From the NCBI GenBank assembly GCA_003971905.1, contig RSEE01000034.1, positions 558,001-622,000 of the forward strand: a DNA stretch of 64,000 bases. The letters are read 5' to 3'. Source of the stretch: Moniliella sp. 'wahieum' (Eukaryota). Positions 59,687 through 64,000 of the stretch are shown here, piece after piece; position 1 is the stretch's first letter, and each line of letters starts with the position of its first letter. A program made the position numbers and the translations under genes. The notes beneath the pieces are model-generated. The model worked only from the letters and a program-made list of their open reading frames with translations. It did no database searches and had not been told where the DNA came from.

Positions 59687-62303
59687 TTAGTACCACGAGA
59701 GAAGGGCGCGGCTCGAGTCGTCTACCACCCGTTCCACAGCCACCTGCATCGGTTCGGGTCCCGGACGCGGATGAGGCAGCGAAAAGCGGTGGACGAACCT
59801 GCCCCACGAGGAGCTCGAGTCACGCCGTCGACGGGGAACGTGGCCCTGGGCCGACTGGGGCCGCGCCGGCAACGATACAATCGATGCATCCAACCCCGGC
59901 TCCTCTGGGGCGCACGAGCCAATCCTAAGTGCATCGAGTGCGACAGGTCGGGCCGTTCCGACCGTTCCATCTGGTCCAGTACGTCGATCCCACGCGCTGC
60001 CGTCCTCGTCGAGGAGGAAACAGGGTCGAGTGGCGCCTCGGGCCCAAACGCACCCGCCAGAGGAGGCGAGGAAGTTGTGATCCGAAGCGCGTCCGCCTGA
60101 TGTCCCAAACTGGGGGGGGGGGGGCAGATGGGGCAAAGGTCTGCCCATGGCGAATGGCAAGTTTGGCCAGGTCCGTCTGCAGCACATACGCCGTGTCTGC
60201 CACCCATGCATCTTCCGATGGCTCGGCACCAACACATTGGGCAAACAGTTCGCCGGGCGTTATGTCTCTCATATCCATCTTGACCAACTTCTTCATCCGC
60301 GCACACAACTCAATAGGACCTGGACTGTGTCAGCATGGGACCGTCCGATGTAGCGTGGGGACGGGGGAAGGAACGTACCATCTCCTGGGCTCTGCAGACT
60401 TAGGATCAAGTTGCATGCTTGTCCCTTGAGAACCGCCATCTGTTTGAGGAACAAAGCCTGAGAGAAAAACTCGTCGGTGGCAAAGATTTCGCGAAGCCCC
60501 TCCACGAGTTCAAACCACCACTGCGGATCTAAGAGAAGGGGCAGCAGCCGTTCCCGTAGTGCCTTGGAAAACGGACGACCCACCATATCGATCGGCAACC
60601 AGAGCCATCCGAAGGGGTATTCGCGCATTCCTGCCGGATGGGCATGGGGGAAGGAGAGAGACGAATCAATGGCGCCAATCTTCATCTCCAATGCACCGGT
60701 GGCCGTGTGCACGCAGCGCACCATGGCATTGTCCAAGCCGCGATCGGTGTTGCGCATGAGGTAGTCGAGCACCACAGAGCTGCTCCAACTGGAGGCGGAA
60801 GCTGTCCATCAGCGCGGGTGTCCAGGTGAACTCGTCGAGCGGAACGTGGGTCGAGAGGGGGGGGTATGGGACCCACTGCGCGAACTTCCTTCGCCGGAAG
60901 GTGGAACAGCGAGGGAGTCGGCATGAGCATGAGCATGGGCATGAGCATGGGCATGGGCATGGCATGGGCATGAGCATGGGCATGCGCATGGGCATGGGCA
61001 TGCGCATGGGCATGGGAGAGGGTCGGAGCAGGGGCATGGGAATGACCATGAGAGCGCTCGCGCTCCCTCTCCAATTCGCGCTCACGTTCCCGTGCCTCCT
61101 CAGCAGGCGATGCAACATGCTTCCCCGACAGAGAAGAAGGTACTTGGCTGCGGTCATGCAGTGCCGCAAACGAGCTTTGGACTTGCGTCGTGCTTTGCGG
61201 TGGGCCGCCAGCTCCTCCTTCATGTCGTGTTCCAGCAGCCGCTGGTCGGCCCGACTAGGCCAAGGATGGGCTCGCAAAAAGTCGCTCATGTTGATAAAGC
61301 CATGGAGGAACTGCTGGTAGCTCCCCACCTTCTCCGGGAGCGTGCCGCCTCCCGCCAGGCCGCCCGCATTGACAACGCTTGCCGGTCAGCGTATGTGTAG
61401 TATAAGGCGGGGGAGAAGGGTGACGAGCCGCGTGGCCGGGACAATGTGCAACCCAGCATGTCGTCCAGGAAGGAAGCACCAGCCTCACTCAAGTAGGAAA
61501 AGTTGGGCAGCAAACAGGCACGGCCCATGGCCCACCAAAAGTACTTTCGCAAAAACTGCCGCTTGGGATTCAAGTTCCCATACGGCTCTTCGTCCTTGGG
61601 CTTGAACACGCCCACTGTCATGGTCACCCACCGCTCCCCGCCGTCGGACTCGGTGTCGGATTCGTCCCCGCTTTCCACGTCGTAGGGAACTGGCACTCGA
61701 GCACGGGCAAAGTACGAGCCACTGGAGCCCTTGGCAATCATCTTGGGCTGCACACCCTGCTGAATCGCTTGTCGCACCGCGCCGATCTCAGCAAGGAACT
61801 GCGCTCCATCCGCCGCCCGGGGCAGACGGTAGGGCCGCGCACGCTGCACCTGCGACGCGGTGCCTGCCACGGGGGTGATCTGCCGTTCGTCTCTCCTGGA
61901 GGGCAGGACAGTGTCATCGTCGCCTACGCCGGCGGCCAAACGGATGCCGCCCCGGCCAAAACACTCAGCACGGCGGCAGGTCCCTTGGGGCGGGGACGCT
62001 CGGTGCTGCTGGCGCTGTGACGGCGCTGGCGGTGGTCGGTGGGGTCGGTGGGATGGGGCGTGAAGCGCTGGGAAATCGCGTCCCTCCACCGGCGCAGCTT
62101 GGCGTCGAGGTCGGTGTTGAGCGCGGCATCGCTCCAGGCGGTGGAGCTGGGGGTGGAGTCGGCGATGGAGGGGGGCGCGAGGAGCGGCGTGCGCTCCTGC
62201 GGATCGTCGCCGGGCCGTGGCTTGGGGAGCATGGGCGCGGGAGGAGGTGCGGTGGGGGGGAGCGGGAGGACTGGGCGCCCGAGCAGCTGCTACTCTGGGC
62301 CAT
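59687..62303 (-). CDS. LSB6: Type II phosphatidylinositol 4-kinase
   Basis: PKMIAKGSSGSYF, VGVFKPKDEEPYGNLNPK, GRACLLPNFSYLSEAGA, GSYQQFL, LDYLMRNTDRGLDN, IGAIDSSLSFP, YPFGWLWLP, QMAVLKGQACN; intron 60378-60320; C-term VAVERV..LLSWY. The start could be 62303 or 62232. Confidence 0.94.
60921..61015. repeat. (GCATGG/GCATGA)n hexamer repeat within the LSB6 kinase insert
   Basis: About 15 imperfect units, read directly. Confidence 0.9.
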
Positions 62304-62862
62304 GCTGGGGGGCGCACGTGGGCGGCTGTGCGCGGCTGGGACTGGGTTCGGCGGCAAGGAAGGGAAATGTTCAAATGGGGTGCTTGCCCAGCTTTCACAC
62401 CTGGGCGGCCGCAGCGGGCACGGCGCTAGTGTGTGCCATGCAGCGCCGCGTGCAAGGTAGGCCGACAATCGATTGTCGGTTGTCGATTGTCGATTTACCG
62501 ATTAGATCCCTCGGCCATCCGTAGCCTCGGCGTGCTCCGCAGGCCACCCGCAGCAGCCCACGGGCCGTCCTCTCGACACGTTCCAGCGCTTCCGCTCTGC
62601 CCAACGCCATGAATGGCATCCATCCAGCACCACTGCCAGGCGGAAGAGCGCGCGCCTGGCTCCCCGTCTTTTCCCAGCGGGAACCATCCGACGAGCGCTT
62701 GCTGTGCTGCTGAACACAGTTGGATCTCATTGCCTACTGAAAATCCTCCTGAGCAGTCTCTCGCTATTCCCTCTCTCGCTTGTCTACATATACACCCCTC
62801 TCTACGCAGACGCATATCATAACGAGATGCACACCAGAGCCGTTCGACGTATCGGCCGCGCC

Positions 62863-64000
62863 TCAACTTCCATCCTTGCTCCCAGCCCGCTCGGCCCGAA
62901 TCGAGCGTACCACTTGGCTGTCTGTATCGCACAGAGGCCCACCGCACCTACACTCGGCCTCCGGCTTGACCGCGCGGAACGTCAACGACCACCGATCCTG
63001 CCGCGCCCGCAGCCCCTCGGCCTCGGGTGCTGGGTCCGACCGACGCGGACGGATGGCATGTTCCCACTCGTACCGCGCCTCCCCCGTGATCAGCAACAAG
63101 GAGCGTGGCAATAGGTCGATGCTGGTCCCTCCCCCGACAGGTCGTGGATTGCCCTGGCCCTTGGGCCAGCTCTTGCCCAGCTCCGAGTGCGGATGTCGAA
63201 AGTCCATCACGACCGCCGCTCCCAGAGAGAGAATGCCAATTGCATTCCCAAACGCCGTGTGCGAGTCGGCGTGGAACCCAATCCCAGCACCGGGCGGGTA
63301 ATGCTGCACGGTCATTTGGTCTGGAGGCGGATCATTCCAGAGCGGCAGGGCTTTGATCCGGGCTTCCACCGCCGTCGTCCATGAGGGCAGCGTGTCCTGG
63401 ACGAGGAGCGACTCGGCCCGGCTGACATGTTTGATGTGGTAATCGAAAGCGTATCCATAGTGCCGCACCCGCCTCCCTTGCACATAGAGCGGGCTACTTC
63501 CCTCGGCCTCAATCGCAGCCAGGATGGCTTGCTCCTCGTCTTGGGAGATAAAGTCAGGGTAGAAGCCGATACCGGACGGAAGCTCTTCCATGTCGCCCGC
63601 TTCCTCTGGCACCCCTGCCAAGCGAGCATAGGTGTGGTGCGTGACGTATTCCAAAAACAAAGCCTTGCCGACCCGCAGTTGGGGACAGAGCCGTTCATGC
63701 AGCGCCTCGCGTGCCACTTGGGCTTCGGCACCGGAGCGAAACAGTGCAAAAGAGTAAGGTTGACCATGCACGAGGTACACCCGCTCAAACCCCGAGTAGG
63801 GGGCAAACACAGCCTCGAGCGCGTCGGATGTGATGGCTGCCAGCCCGCCCGAGGATGCATTGACTACCAACAACGTTCGACTCGGGCCAGCAGCCCAGAG
63901 CGAAGCGAGAGGGGTAGATGGGGAACCAAGCACACGCTCCAGCGCTGCATATGCATCCGCACGCTGCTTGGCCACCTTGGCAGCAATCCGTTTCTGAGCC
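62863..64000 (-). CDS. ALKBH8: ALKBH8-like tRNA wobble-uridine hydroxylase: RRM + AlkB 2OG-Fe(II) dioxygenase + Cys cluster (5' end outside window)
   Basis: RRM (LEAVFAPY..QPYSFALF), PDFISQDEE, RRVRHYGYAFDY, PDQMTVQHYPPGAGIGFHAD (HxD), LSLG, PRSLLLITGEARYEWEHAI, RWSLTFR, ECRCGGPLCD, then stop. The frame is open to the window end. Confidence 0.88.
   Translation of the reverse strand, partial: AQKRIAAKVAKQRADAYAALERVLGSPSTPLASLWAAGPSRTLLVVNASSGGLAAITSDALEAVFAPYSGFERVYLVHGQPYSFALFRSGAEAQVAREALHERLCPQLRVGKALFLEYVTHHTYARLAGVPEEAGDMEELPSGIGFYPDFISQDEEQAILAAIEAEGSSPLYVQGRRVRHYGYAFDYHIKHVSRAESLLVQDTLPSWTTAVEARIKALPLWNDPPPDQMTVQHYPPGAGIGFHADSHTAFGNAIGILSLGAAVVMDFRHPHSELGKSWPKGQGNPRPVGGGTSIDLLPRSLLLITGEARYEWEHAIRPRRSDPAPEAEGLRARQDRWSLTFRAVKPEAECRCGGPLCDTDSQVVRSIRAERAGSKDGS

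Noticed and set aside
1..64000. tRNA, rRNA, snRNA or CRISPR loci
   Set aside because: None recognised by eye; tRNAscan-SE and Infernal would be needed to exclude them.

Overview
GC-rich eukaryotic DNA, most likely from a basidiomycete-like fungus (inferred from protein family types). It has short spliceosomal GT-AG introns with CTRAC/CTAAC branch sites and about 21 protein-coding loci. Recognisable genes: the N-terminus of a mitochondrial protein at the left edge, CHS7, a GRAM-VASt (Lam/Ltc) sterol transporter, an Rsc1-like bromo-BAH protein, an Rds1-like secreted ferritin-fold protein, YOP1, a PH-domain protein, separase, SCOT, DHH1, NPY1, IMPDH, a mitochondrial TPR protein, TCP1, a GH18 chitinase, LSB6 and an ALKBH8-like dioxygenase at the right edge. 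Most genes, including essential ones, carry 1-2 nt frameshifts, which points to uncorrected consensus errors, so many boundaries are approximate. The most notable items are several half-genes and pseudo-enzymes: an m-AAA protease N-terminal module with no ATPase/protease, a Clu1 C-terminal half with an internal stop, a ligand-less Rds1 ferritin fold, a PB1 plus catalytically dead retropepsin, and ALKBH8 without a methyltransferase. Also notable are an orphan secreted Pro-rich gene with an internal ~0.6 kb duplication, a ~245 bp (GAGAG)n tract, and recurrent 7-bp-period micro-arrays in intergenic DNA. No rRNA, tRNA, CRISPR or intact mobile element was recognised. All family assignments come from motif recognition by eye; no searches were run.
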